NCBI GenBank assembly: GCA_013239625.1
Contig: MU057354.1
Coordinates: 17,973,145 to 18,037,144, forward strand
Length of the DNA stretch: 64,000 nt
DNA from: Lama guanicoe
Taxonomy: Eukaryota
Direction of reading: 5' to 3'
Part shown: in pieces, positions 1-11,720 of the stretch
How positions within the stretch are numbered: the first letter of the stretch is position 1
How the letters are laid out: each line of letters opens with the position of its first letter
Program-made: the position numbers and the translations under genes
Notes under the pieces: generated by a model
What the model saw: the letters and a program-made list of their open reading frames with translations, nothing else
Databases searched by the model: none
What the model was told of the DNA's origin: nothing

Positions 1-70
1 ATCAGTCGTTAATAATTCATTTTTTCTATCACACATGGACCCTTAGTGTTTCTGCTTACTGTTCTCATAA

Positions 71-474
71 TGTTACGGAAACGACAGGCCAGTCAAGAAA
101 CAAGCACCACTCGGAGGGTTGGAGTACTCAGATGTATTACGCCGGTGAGCTCAGAGGGGCTTCTGCTCCGAAGGTTGAGCACCTCCAAGACACGCGCATG
201 AGGTTTTATAGGGTAAAGTACAAGCTTGGGGTATTCGGCCAATAGGCATGGAACAGCTTTAGCAGCATTATCATCACAAAAGTGGAGGCAGGGAGGCAGC
301 AAACCAACATTCCAAAGCCAGATATATATCTTTGAACATCCAGCTGGCTAGCAAAAAAACATGAACAGCAAACCAACACTAATAAACTTAGATTTACAAG
401 TTAGTCGAGCAGAACTCAGATCAGTATTCCAATACTTAGACTTGTGAGTTATCTTTTAGCCCAGCCCGCCCACA
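71..474 (-). mobile_element. ERV1-type solo LTR, relatively young
   Basis: TG...CA termini. Perfect 4-bp TSD ATAA (67-70 and 475-478). On the minus strand: TATAAAA (204-210) and a polyA-like AATACA (133-138). CCAAT at 239-243. Many CpGs retained. Confidence 0.88.
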
Positions 475-805
475 ATAAGACGATTGCAGGTACAGGGAAA
501 TGAGGTCAGCACATTCCCCAGAGGAGGTTACTTGCTCCTCATGGAGTAACACTGCAGAGCCATGGTCACCAAGTCCGAGTATCTGCCCTCTGTTAGTAAG
601 GCTCAAAGAGGTTAGCAGTCACCCTTAACAGTCAGATGAGAGGCTGATAAGTAAATTAGAATGCCAGTTAACTACATTACAATGAGCATTATAACAAGTC
701 TTCAGAGTCTACTTGAAATCCCCTGACCAACGAATTCTATCCCTGTAGGCAAACCTACCTAAGAAACCAAATGGTAATCAGAAGCCGGCTTAGTAAACAT
801 GAAAC

Positions 806-1365
806 TGAAACAAAGCAGGACCCTGTGCACATCCTTCCTGGTTTCAAATCCTTTCTGTTCCCTGTTTCTCTTTTGCAGAAAATAGGCTTCATTCAGCCTC
901 CTTGATCTTCCCAGAGTTCCACTGGGCAGATTCAAACAATCGCTAATCAGGGAACGGAGGGGTACAGAACCAGGGAGGAAAAGCCAAGAAACAATAGTGC
1001 AGCCTTGGGGCAGGGTCCTGGTTCCTCCTTAAGCAATACACATCTTTGAGCCCTCTGCAGGAACTAAGGCCCCCACCCAGGTGGAGGATGGTAACCTTCA
1101 GTCTGAGCCTGGGATTCCTGGAACACCACCCTGTGACTTCACCACCAACCAGCTGAAGACAGTCACACACCCTGCAGCTCTCACCTCAAATTCTGCCTAT
1201 AAAAACTTTTCCCCAAAAACCATCAGGGAGTTTGGGTTTTTTGAGCACAAGCTGCCAGTCTTCCTTGCTCTGCCCTGCAATAAAGCTTTCTCTGCTCCAA
1301 ACTCCGACGTTTCAGTTTGTTTGGGCTCACTGTACATCAGGCACATGAGCTTTTGTTTGGAAACA
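806..1365 (+). mobile_element. ERV1-type solo LTR (family A, copy 1)
   Basis: Starts TGAAACAAAGCAGGACCC and ends GGAAACA. TATAAAAA at 1198-1205, AATAAA at 1279-1284. Near-TSD AAAC/AAAT. Aligns by eye with the inverted copy at 15357-15897. Confidence 0.88.
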
Positions 1366-2469
1366 AAATCTGGTCAAGGGTAGGTGAGTATTATGGGAGA
1401 TGTGGACTTGAGAAAGATAAGGTATACTGCGAAGGAAACTCAGAGAGGTAGAAAGCCAGCCAGTGTACAGGGAAACCTCTGAAGGCTTGGGGAAAGATTT
1501 TCAAGAAGACGGAGGTCAGCACTGGTAAACACTGTGCAAGATGAAACAAGGTAGAAACAAACAAACCCCCCAAATAAATAAAAGAGTCTTTAGGGTTTGT
1601 CCCTTAGAAAGCAACTGACAACAGACTCAAAGGGATACTGGGGCTGGAACCAAATTATAATGGGCTGCAGAGAATGGCCCTTAAAATGACAAGAAAGCAG
1701 TTATGGGACATGCTTTGAAAACCCTGCTAGTGGAGGGAAATGATAACACATGGAGGGACGGGGTCTATGAGGGTTTCTTTAGAAGGAGACCTCAGCCATA
1801 CCAATATTTTGGAGTGTATAAATAACATAGAACATGGGAAACCATGAAATAAGAACCAGCATTAATGAAATCAAGACCACCAACGGAGGCATTACTAGTC
1901 AGCCTTAGACATCAGAAGAGATATCTCCTCTAGGTTAAAAGGAAACGAGATGCTAGAACAGACACAGGTAAATTGGTATGGGTGGAGATATAATTCTACA
2001 AGGGGTACACCTCTCTTGACAAGCACTTTTTTTTTTCTATATGGAGAAGAAAGTTTGTCCCCTGAGAGAAAGGGCAATAGTAGTGGGGTAGGTGTGTTGA
2101 AGAGAGTGGTCAGTGTTTGGGGAAGGTGATCTGGAGAATTAGAAGAGGAGCTGATTAAGGGCAACTCACAGGGAGACCATCAGTTTAACTCAGTTCCCTC
2201 AACTCTGATTCCACCTAGCACCTCTCAGCGTCTAAGATAGAGGTGCAGAGACGGCAGGAGGTTGATCCAAATCAGAGTTAACAGAATGGATCCGGTACAG
2301 AGGGAAACAGGGAAACTCTGATATTGAGAGCACTGGTAAGAAAACAGTGGGAGTGATACATCACAAGCCTGTAAGTAATATTTGGAAGAAATGAAGCCAT
2401 GAGAGTGCAGTGCACTAAGGAGAAAACTGAGGGATGGGTAATCTAGAAAGCTTGATGAAAACTGTCATT

Positions 2470-2960
2470 GTCTGTATTTCCCTGAAGCAGAGACCCAGAC
2501 AGAGGCTCGTTGGTGGACAGTTTATTTAAGAAACTCCAAGGAACCAGAATTAGGATCAGGGAGAGTTAAACAGGATAAAAAGGAAAGCCAATACAAGGAT
2601 ATGTTAGCAAGTCAGTCGCTGATACATAAACTGGTGCTTAATCCCATTTGATCCTCTGAGAACTAAGAAATATGTCCATAACTCTTCACTCAGGGAACAA
2701 AAGAATAAAAGATTTTCCATGCACTTTCAGACACCCCTGGTCAAAGGTGATCCCATGGACATGAATGCCATCGTATTTCCAATTTGCACATGCGCGAATG
2801 CCAAACAGGTTCCTGAAACATCCCATGCTATATCCTCAGAGAAGGTTTAGGGAAGGAAGTGTGGACTATACAAAGCAGGACATGTGATGAGATGATGCCA
2901 GGTGGTACCTTCCGAAATTAGGCCAAATCCCAACCAAAATTTCACTCTAGTGGTAACTAG
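2470..2960 (-). mobile_element. Ancient ERVL LTR (LTR16-like)
   Basis: TTCCCTGAAGCAGAGACCCAGACAGAGG...TTTATTT...AGGAAAGCCAATACAAGG resembles the reverse complement of an LTR16 3' end. Boundaries approximate. Confidence 0.55.
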
Positions 2961-3174
2961 AGAGGAGAGTCTGAATGTATGTCAAGTGGCACAAGACCTA
3001 AGGTCAAGTGCAAAGTGAGAAAATGAGAGTGCTAGAAGAATAAAAGGCTAGTGACTCCAGATTGTATATAAACATTTAATGTTTTAGAGTTGTAATTATT
3101 CCAGAGATTATTAAACATCTAGATGTGGCCTTGAGAGTAATTACTGGAATTGAGGTAAACTGGGAATTCTAGAA

Positions 3175-3640
3175 GGTAGAGATAGGTTATACTGTAATAA
3201 CAAATGACACCAAATCCTTATTTTAGAACAATAATGATTTCTTGAGGGGAGGGTAGAGCTTGTGCTTAGCATGCACGAGGTCCTGGGTTCAAACCCCAGT
3301 ACCTCTATCTGAAAAAAAAAAAAAAGTAAATAAATTCATTTAAAAAAAAAAACCCAATAGTGATTTCTTATTCAGACTACATGTCCTTCTCAGGTCAGAA
3401 AAAGCTCTGCTCCGTTACACTGTGGCCCGCACTGACCAAGTAACCTCCATCGGGAACGTGCTCGGCCTTCCAACAGGAGGGAAAGACAGCATGGGAAACC
3501 ATGACTTCACTATCAAAGCTTCTCCTCAGAAATGACACTCATCACTTCTTTGTACACTTCCGTGGCCAAATCAAGCCGTGTGTCCGTGCTTCAGGCCCAC
3601 AGAGCAACGACGTGTAATTCTTTCCCAGGGAGGATCAACA
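3175..3640 (-). mobile_element. Old MaLR LTR (MLT1-like), interrupted by a SINE
   Basis: GATAGGTTATACTGTAATAACAAATGAC and TCACTTC...CACTTCCGTGGCCAAATCAAGCCGTGTG resemble antisense MLT1 motifs. Confidence 0.6.
3244..3355 (+). mobile_element. tRNA-derived SINE (Vic-1-like, camelid) with a short internal deletion
   Basis: GGGGAGGGTAGAG...TGCTTAGCATGCACGAGGTCCTGGGTTCAAACCCCAGTACC contains a B box and is followed by an A-rich tail. 14-bp TSD AATAATGATTTCTT (3230-3243) / AATAGTGATTTCTT (3356-3369). Confidence 0.9.
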
Positions 3641-4049
3641 GCAGGAAAGGCACCAACTATGAGTGTATGTAACCTCCCACACGGGCTGTGCCGTTGCACG
3701 GCTCATGAACACTGGCTGATGGCAGAGCTGAAGCAGAAAAGGACAATGTCTTCAATGAATGAAGTTCAGAAAGTCACAACAGTAAGGAGCTCTAGAAGGT
3801 GTTCCAACCAAAGAAGGAAGCAGCCATGGAGCTCTCAGAGTATGTTCTGGAACCCGTGGTGTGAGGGAGCATGGTGACAAAGAGCATGGGCTTGGGAGTT
3901 TTGCTGGGGAAATGGGCAGAGCTGACTTTTAATTCAAGTGAAAAAGAGGTTCTGTGAAGTGACTGAGGATGCAATGAGAGCTATTTACAAAGTGGTTGGG
4001 TTTTTTTGTTTGTTTTTGAGCTCAATCTTTCTTTTCTTAGAGCTCGATC

Positions 4050-4290
4050 TTTCTCTGGATGATAGCCTTCACTTTCATTATTTCCACTGCCTCCTATAAC
4101 CAGACGGCTCTCAGATCTTTACCTTAATCACAGGCCCCCTCCCCAACACCAGCCCAGATGTTCAGCTTCACCTGCATGTCATCAGAATGCAAGATGAATC
4201 ACACTAAACTCACTATCAACTCTTTAATCTCCTCATCTATTGTCCCTAAGTAAATGGCACCATCAACCAAGGCCACTGGCAAACTTAGAA
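4050..4290 (+). mobile_element. L2 fragment
   Basis: Pyrimidine-rich, L2-like text ending TAAGTAAATGGCACCATCAACCA. Confidence 0.45.
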
Positions 4291-4299
4291 ATGTGTTTA

Positions 4300-6005
4300 T
4301 AGGAAAGACAGTAGTTGTGTCAGAAACTTCTCATACACCATTTCAGGGAATAGTTAATATATCATGGAGTTACTGGCAAAATAGGTGGACACCAGAACAG
4401 GTTTATGATATATCTTAATGCATATAATAAACAAGAATTGACAGCTGGCCAGCAGAAGGACAATGTCAACCACTACAACTATTTTTTAGTGTGGTTTCTT
4501 TGTGTAATTCCCAGATCCAAGTCAGTTCATACAGGCCACTGACTGATGAGGTTCCCTGAGAATGGATCCTTCAATGCCACTGGGAATACGTACTGTAAAT
4601 ATTATTCTTCTCCAAAGAGACATGGTGCCATTTTCCTGCATAATTATGCACTGAGGGATGGGGGGTAGCAACTTTCCCAAGAATAGTTAGATATGGGGTC
4701 TGAGCAACACATGGAGACCCCAAATGTCATCACAATCCTCTGCTTAGAGATGGGAGCTTATGGAAACCAATCAATTAGTGAAGTTTTGCCCCAGGTGTAT
4801 CTGACAGTTGGTCCAGGGGTCTTTGGACCCAGCTTCTTGTTATTCTCTATTCCCAGGTTTTTATAATGGAATAGCCATATCCTGTGGAATAAGGCATTAT
4901 GGTAGGAAGAGCTTCGGAGAAAACCCTAAAATGCCCCCTCAACAATATTATCTCTGACCAAGGGGCCTATTATAAGGCTAAGGAAATATGACAGAGGACA
5001 GACGACAACAGGAGCCACTGGTCTTACCGTGAACTCCATCACTCAGAAGTAGCTAGCCTAACAGACTAGAATGGAGAAGTGCCCTGTTAAAGGCACAGCC
5101 AAGGCATCACCTTAGAGACAGCATCCTTCAGATTGAGTTGTCTTCATCTAGGGAGCAATGGCTGATATGTGGGGCTGTGTACCCAAAGACTAGAATACAC
5201 ATCTGCGACCCAAGGGGTAAAAGTAGAACCGGCGACTCAGCCTCTCCCAGTCACCTACTTGCAGGATGAGTGCTTGTTACTCCTATAACTTTAGTCACTA
5301 ACTGGTTAGAGGTCCTGGTCCTGAAGTGTCTGTCTGTGGTTGGGGGGGATGTGGGGGGTGGGATGTAGGGAGTTTCTGTCAGGGGCTACAGCTATGCTCA
5401 CCATCTTGTCTCTTGTCACTCTGGCTTCCTCATTCCAGGGAATTAGGAAGAAAATAAAGGTGTGGCTGTGCTGGCAAAGATGGCTTTCCCTGACTACCAA
5501 AATGAGCTGGTGTGTCTGCTAAACAATGGGGCAGGGAGCCACATACCTGGAACCCAGGGCATCTTGAGTGCTTCTGCACCCAGTGATTATAGTTACCAGT
5601 AAATTGCAGCAACCACAGCCGAGTAAGTACAAAGCAACCAAGGACTCAGACTTTTGCAGGAAGAAGCCTGGATAATGGCACCAGACAAGCAACTCAGATC
5701 AGCCAAAGTTTTGATAAAGAGTGAGAGAAATCAGGAACACAATTTAAAATTGTGGGAAATTTAAAAATACTTATTAAATCAGGCCTCAGGACCAGCTGCA
5801 GCATTTGTAGTGGCAGCTTCTCTTACTTTACGTCTTGTCTCAGAGCATGTAGCTAGCTGCCACTTTGAAGGAAACTCGGTGACATGTACCTCCCCCCAGG
5901 CCTGGGCAAGAAGTGAGGGCACCATGTCACAGTATTAGAGGCCCTATATTGTGACAGGGGAGAGAGAGATGTAATGGAAGGATGGGAGTGGTCCAAGGGG
6001 TGGAT
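4300..6005 (+). mobile_element. Decayed ERVL internal region (protease and integrase relics, RT missing)
   Basis: From 4687 it reads LDMGSEQ (ERVL protease LDTGSEL-like). From about 4944 it reads NIISDQGAYYKAKEI*...HWSYRELHHSEVASL (ERVL integrase SDQG...HWSYH-like). It ends in the polypurine/LTR junction CAAGGGGTGGATTGT near 5994-6008. Confidence 0.8.
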
Positions 6006-6870
6006 TGTGTCAAATCTCTCATATGGACCATTTCAGATACTCTTGGCCTCATCTGTTCCATCTTCCAGTCACTGCCACATTGAGCCACCTCCACACAGGC
6101 TCTTACTGACTTCACACGGTGCACCCTGACAGCACATCACCTCCTACCTGAACTAAGTAAGTGTCTTTCTTGCCTCTCTTCCCTTTGACACTTAGAACCA
6201 AATGAGACAGGAGCCAGTGGATAAATGATTCCCATTCAAACTCAGGAATTAAAATCGGAGGCAAAAATGTACATTCATAGGATTTATGGAAGAAAGGGAG
6301 TGAGGAAAGCTGATCATGGCAGGAGAAGGAGCCAAGCAAAACTTTGACCTCAGCAGAAAAGTAGCTTCAGTCTGAATGCACGGGGCACTGGAACACGAAT
6401 CAGGGCAAGGGATCAGTCCTTTGACCCTCCTGTCAGTCAGCCAGTGGCTGTGGGCTGCCCCTGGGATCTTGGCTATAACTTCGTATTGCAGCGACTTTCT
6501 GGCAATATTCCAGAGAGAGCTCCAAATAGAGCAGAGAGCATTGAGGAGTTGCTGGCCGCCAACACAGCAGTTGGGGGATGCGTGAACGGGGCCAGTAAAG
6601 AGGATCTGGTGAGGCACCAACAGTGTCCTTTCTGTCCTCGGATGGAGAAGCTCAAGAAGCTGTTTACACGGCTGTTCAGGGAACAGCCCCCCAACATCAA
6701 GCAATCATCTGTATTTTGAAGCAGCCATCTCCCACCACATCCTTGTATTGGCTCTTCTTCCTCCTTTGCCTCACTTCCCTTGTCCTGCATTCCTGCCTCC
6801 TAGGATCACAATCTCTAGTAACATGTAAATCCACTGCCTCAGTCTTGCCTTCTGGGAACCTAAACTAAGA
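6006..6870 (+). mobile_element. 3' LTR of the ERVL element (LTR16-like), split by an antisense LTR
   Basis: Follows the GGGGTGGA polypurine tract. Ends CTCAGTCTTGCCTTCTGGGAACCTAAACTAAGAC, typical of LTR16-family termini. Confidence 0.65.
6250..6630 (-). mobile_element. LTR16-like LTR nested in antisense orientation
   Basis: The reverse complement begins GGACACTGTTGGTGCCTCACCAGATCCTCTTTACTGG...CATCCCCCAACTGCTG, resembling an LTR16 5' end. Confidence 0.6.
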
Positions 6871-7945
6871 CTACTGTGAAAGGAAAAACCAAGGGATATG
6901 GAACCGAGAGGATAGTCACTGGCTCAAAATGGCACTGCAGGCAGAGAGGGAGCAGGGATAAAAGACCTGATTTGATTGGGAGCAGTGTACGGAGTGAGGT
7001 CTCATGTGTGGCACTGGAGGGCCGATGAAGGTGGCAGGATTGCTCCACAGAGAAGCAGTACGTTGCTGAGAAGTCAATCCACTGAGTCCCATTCCTAACA
7101 CAACTCAAGGCAAGCAACACTCAACTAAGTCCAAAAGTCTGGAAGATGGAAATCTCACAAAATACAAAACATTTTCAGATTTATCTTTCAACCACAATTT
7201 CCAACTAGAGAGTCCATGAAGCTTAATTACTTTATAAAGTCAAATTTGCCTACGTATTGACAGGTGACTGGGAAAAGATTACTTTATTTCCTGAAATACT
7301 TGCTTCTTGGAGGACTCACGAGGCTTCACTGGTAGGAGAGAAAAGACCTCAAGTTACCTAGGGAAGTTATCTGTTTAAATCAGAGTTCTTACGGATAACG
7401 TAAACTCCTATATGTTTACGATATGGGTCTTTGAAATATCCCTAGTTGTTGAAGTGTGAACAACTTTCATAAAGCACAGAGAAATAATTTTCTTAAAGCC
7501 CCATTTGAATTGCTTCTCTAGCAGAAAGTTACATAGGTTATTATGTCTAGGTAATTGATTTACTTCACATCTATGACATATTCAATAAACACCCCATTAT
7601 CAAAAGACTCCTTAATCCTCTTCAGTGTGAAAAGCAAGAATTCCCTTACCAGCACAGGAAATAAGATGACTGTGCCTAGTAATACTATTATTATTAATTA
7701 TATTTGCTAACTTTTTCTATTTCCCCAGGTTCCGAATGCTTCCCAAATGTTAATGAGATCATCAAACAAACAATGTCATGTAAAGTTGACTGATGAAAAA
7801 TTACTCTGTCACCAAAGGATGAAGTATGATCAGCCCAAAGCCACGCAGTAAAGATATCAACAACTGAAAGCTGAAAGGCTCCGTCATTTCCAATAAGCAA
7901 CCATTAGTCCATGCTCTGTGGGTATTCATATAAATAATATATGAA

Positions 7946-8068
7946 GGGGGAGGAATAGCTCAAGTGGTAGAGCACATGCTTAGCAAGTATGAGGTCCTGG
8001 GTTCAATCCCCAGTACCTCCTCTAAGAATAATGAATAAATCTAATTACCTCCCCCCACCAAAAAAAAA
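7946..8068 (+). mobile_element. tRNA-derived SINE (Vic-1-like)
   Basis: A box TAGCTCAAGTGG and B box GGTTCAATCC. Tail AATAAATCTAATTACCTCCCCCC-A(n). Flanked by ATATATGAA direct repeats (7937-7945, 8076-8084). Confidence 0.92.
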
Positions 8069-9604
8069 TATATATATATATGAACACATTAATTATAGGT
8101 AGTAATAGAAGTGCCAGATTTTATATGTAACAAGTGACTTTTTAGTGAATATGGAATTTTTTTTTTAAATACAACAGAAGCCAGGCAGAATAAACAAAGA
8201 CAAAACAACCACCAACAAAAGTGGAAAATGCTCAAAATATGACCAATTTTGGAAAGCTTATAGCTTAATAAAATGTTAAGCATACTTTCTAATAAACGTT
8301 AATGGGGAGATATTTTAAAAGCGTAATCCCTTTATTAGCCAAAGTTCAAGGTACCCAAATCTTAGGTGCCTGCATATTGTTACAAAACACTCAGGAAAAG
8401 GGCTATGTGAACAGGGCACACATTTTCTCACAGTGATAAGAAGGATAGTCAATGGGCAGGTTCATTGACAAATAAATCCAGAAGGAGCTATGAAACAGGC
8501 TTTTACTATAAACTTCCTTGTCAAATTAGTGACCCAGTTTTAGTTTCTCTTAGTGCACACAAACAAAACCTTGGCATAGAGAATGTCAGTAGAAATTCTG
8601 CATATTTCTGAAATTTCTAATACCTGTTTCAAATTTCAGCTTAGCATCCAGTGATATCCTAATGCTGTTCATTCATCCAGCATTAGTTGTTGAGAATTCA
8701 CTCTCTGCCAAGTTCAGGGATAGAGGGGGAGTTCATAAGGGTGAATGAAAATGCTTTGCAGTACAATAACATTATGCGTCTTGAGATTATAAGAGTCTAA
8801 GTATCCATGAGGAAGGGCGCCGTGTGTTATAGCTCCCGCTGAAATTAACAGGGTGCGGAGCTTATGTTAAGTGCTTAAAACTCATTGAGCTTTTTTTTAT
8901 CCTGATGGTGACTGCTGACATGTGAACAACTGATTCACAGACTCTAAAAAGCATCATTCAGCAGCACATACACACGTACACAAAAAAAACAGTCATTCTT
9001 ATGGGTTGTGGGACAAAACATATTGCCTATATACTGAAAGGCAACTTCGCTGCTCAGACATGAAGTCATCCTATTTCTTGTTCTTGTGACACTGCCTGGA
9101 CTTTCGCCACTATTGTTTGCCCACCTCATGAATGTAAATGCTGCAGTGTCCTCCCAAGGAACTCTCCTCCCCACACTCCTAGCAGACCAACAACTCAAAT
9201 TAACCAAACACAGTTACATTTTCAGTCTTCTTACATCACCCACGCTTTGGGCAGCTTCCTTACCACACTGTGTCATTCCATTTATTATTTATATTCTTCC
9301 TACTTCCCAAAAGGATTAGAAATGACTTAAAATATTAAAATGTGTGAGAGACAAGACCATTAACAGTAAAAATGGAGATCAAAAACCTGTTCAGAGTAAT
9401 GAATAAACATACCAAAAAAAAAAGAAAGAAAGAAATGACTTACCCTAAGAGCCACTACATTTAGCTTCAAACTTTCTCAAAGTCAAGGAGAAAAGGGAGT
9501 TTCTGATATAATACATGGTTTTTCTTGGCAGATTCAAGGAATTATACAAAGTTTCTATGGCAGGGACCGTGAGGTATCTTTCAAAATCTGTCCCCCTCCT
9601 CTTC

Positions 9605-9860
9605 TGTGGCGACAGTATTGTAGCTGGGCCACAAGTAGTGACTGCATTTTTCAGCTTCCCTTGCAATGAAAAGTGGCCCTGTGAATAAGCCCTCACTGAT
9701 AGGATCTGAACAAATCTGGGCAATTTCTGCAACTCACACTGAAGAGGAATTCTTTGATCTTGAACTTCCAGTCTTTCTCCTTTTTACTAGTCAAAATGGG
9801 AATGGCTAATGTGACCCTGGAAACCATGTCAGCCTGGCTCTCTGACTGATCATAAGGAAA
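9605..9860 (+). mobile_element. Old MaLR LTR fragment (MLT1-like)
   Basis: ACTGCATTTTTCAGCTTCCCTTGCAATGAAAAGTGGCCCTGTGA resembles a conserved MLT1 motif. Confidence 0.55.
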
Positions 9861-11344
9861 CAGAGAAAGCAGGCTTTCTCTTAAAAAATACAGGGTGCCT
9901 AACAAATAATTTCCCAATGTTATCTAAGCATCTCAAAAAGTAAAACAAAGCGGGCACATTTAAGCTAAATAAAAAATGCTACTGAATAGAAAAAGAAATG
10001 AGGTCATAGTTGGTATTTAGTATCAGAACAGTTAAGAATTAGGAAAATAGTATCAATAAACGTGATGCATTCCAGCTGTCACCTAGAGTCCTGCAAATGG
10101 GCACCAGGAAAGCCTGCCCCAGCGGCCTAGCCCTGCCCCCTGCAAAGCTCACCAAAGGACCACTCATTGGACTTCTCAGGCCGGAGGATGGAATTGACCA
10201 CTACATCACTCAAGTCTGATCCTAGGGGAAGTTGTGAAGTTGGTCAAATCTCGTTCTTCCTTCTTCTTTCCATCACATCCACCTCCCCCAAAGCACGTTA
10301 ACACCCCATGCTGATCCTTGGCTCTGTGCAGAGTCACTGTGACATCAGCACCCATGCTCAGACCCATTTCTGATTCTTTTTCCATAGCAAACTTTACTGG
10401 CCAAGTGCTTTTTCCTCTAGAGCCTCACTATGGTATGCCTTTCTAAGCTAACTGTCCAATACCAAAGCAGTGTTTTATAAAAACAGGCATGACTGCAACT
10501 CCTTCTTAATGTTTTCTCCTACCAGATACTCTGTTTAAAATATAAATAGATTGTCAATGTTAAAACACACAGATACACGCAAACACATAGACAACTAATT
10601 CCTAGAATTCAGAGCAGGTTGGCCATTGGGGCAGGAGTTTGGATTCCATGGAAAGGCCAGACCATTATTACAGGTGTCAAGATTCCACTATGGCATTCTC
10701 GAGTTACAGGGCAACCTAAAAAGAGCAGGAAAATTGTTCATTTCCTGAAATCTTAGGAGATTTAATTGAGGTCATAGATGGCCCACAGTGCTATAGGATT
10801 ATCTACTGGCTGGTTTCTGACATTCTAAAAAAAAAAAATTAAACACAAAAGACAAAATCCCTTTTTTTGTATTTCACTAAGCAATCTTAATCTTTGCCAT
10901 TAACTAGACGATTGTCACCCATTTTCCTCCTTGGAATCTGGTAACAGAGAGTTAAACACTATGAGTATTGGGTTCTTCCCCCAGGTCCTGCATCATTAGC
11001 TTGTTTCTCTATATGAGTGTGAAAGCTAGAAGGCAGAGCTGTCTACGATGAAAGAGGGAACAAGTTATCCTCAAATAGCTCTGTTTGACAGATGAGAAAT
11101 AAAAGGATATATTTAAAGGAGAGTTACTATACTGTCTAATCTGGGAACACAAAGAAAAAGAAATATTAACTAGAGAATATATGTCTCCACAGGACATACT
11201 GATAAAACCTTCCAATCCCAACCTCAATGTTTATAATGCATTTTTAATTCCCATGACAATCCTGCCAAGTAGCCATTAACAGCTCACTTTTAGTAAAGGA
11301 AACAGTTTCAGAGATCAGCCAAGACCCATTTCTATATTTGCTAG

Positions 11345-11720
11345 GACCCTTTCAGTTGCACGCAATTGAGTTCCAATTCAAACTACCTTAAGTGAAAGAG
11401 GGAAATCATTAGTTTACACAACAAAATGTTGAGAAGGAGGTCTGATTGGAAACATGGATGCATATAAGTGCTCAAAAGGGGTCTGTATTTTTCTCTATCC
11501 CTTAGAAAAGAGACAGGCATGGTGGGAGCATGATGGCCATTAGAGCCCAAGAATCACATCTTTTGAGTTGAACAAACCCAGTATAAAGAGAGTATTTTCC
11601 CCTAAAGTTCTGTTTGGTATTGTATGTCCTTTCCTGGACCAAGCTCTCTAGCCAGGAACATGACTGTTCAGGCTTGGGGCTACTACATGCCCTTTCGATG
11701 GAGGCAAGACCAGATTAAGC
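11345..11720 (-). mobile_element. Old MaLR LTR fragment (MLT1-like)
   Basis: TAGGACCCTTTCAGTTGCA...AATTCAAACTACCTTAAGTGAAAGAGGGAAAT resembles an antisense MLT1 terminus. Confidence 0.55.

Noticed and set aside
6249-6704. 151-aa minus-strand ORF and overlapping ORFs
   Set aside because: They lie within LTR16-like sequence, have no recognisable domain, and stack in several frames as expected for chance ORFs.
7946-8020. tRNA-Ala-like sequences at 3244, 7946 and 25160 as tRNA genes
   Set aside because: They carry A-rich tails, TSDs and mutations that break the cloverleaf, so they are SINE copies.
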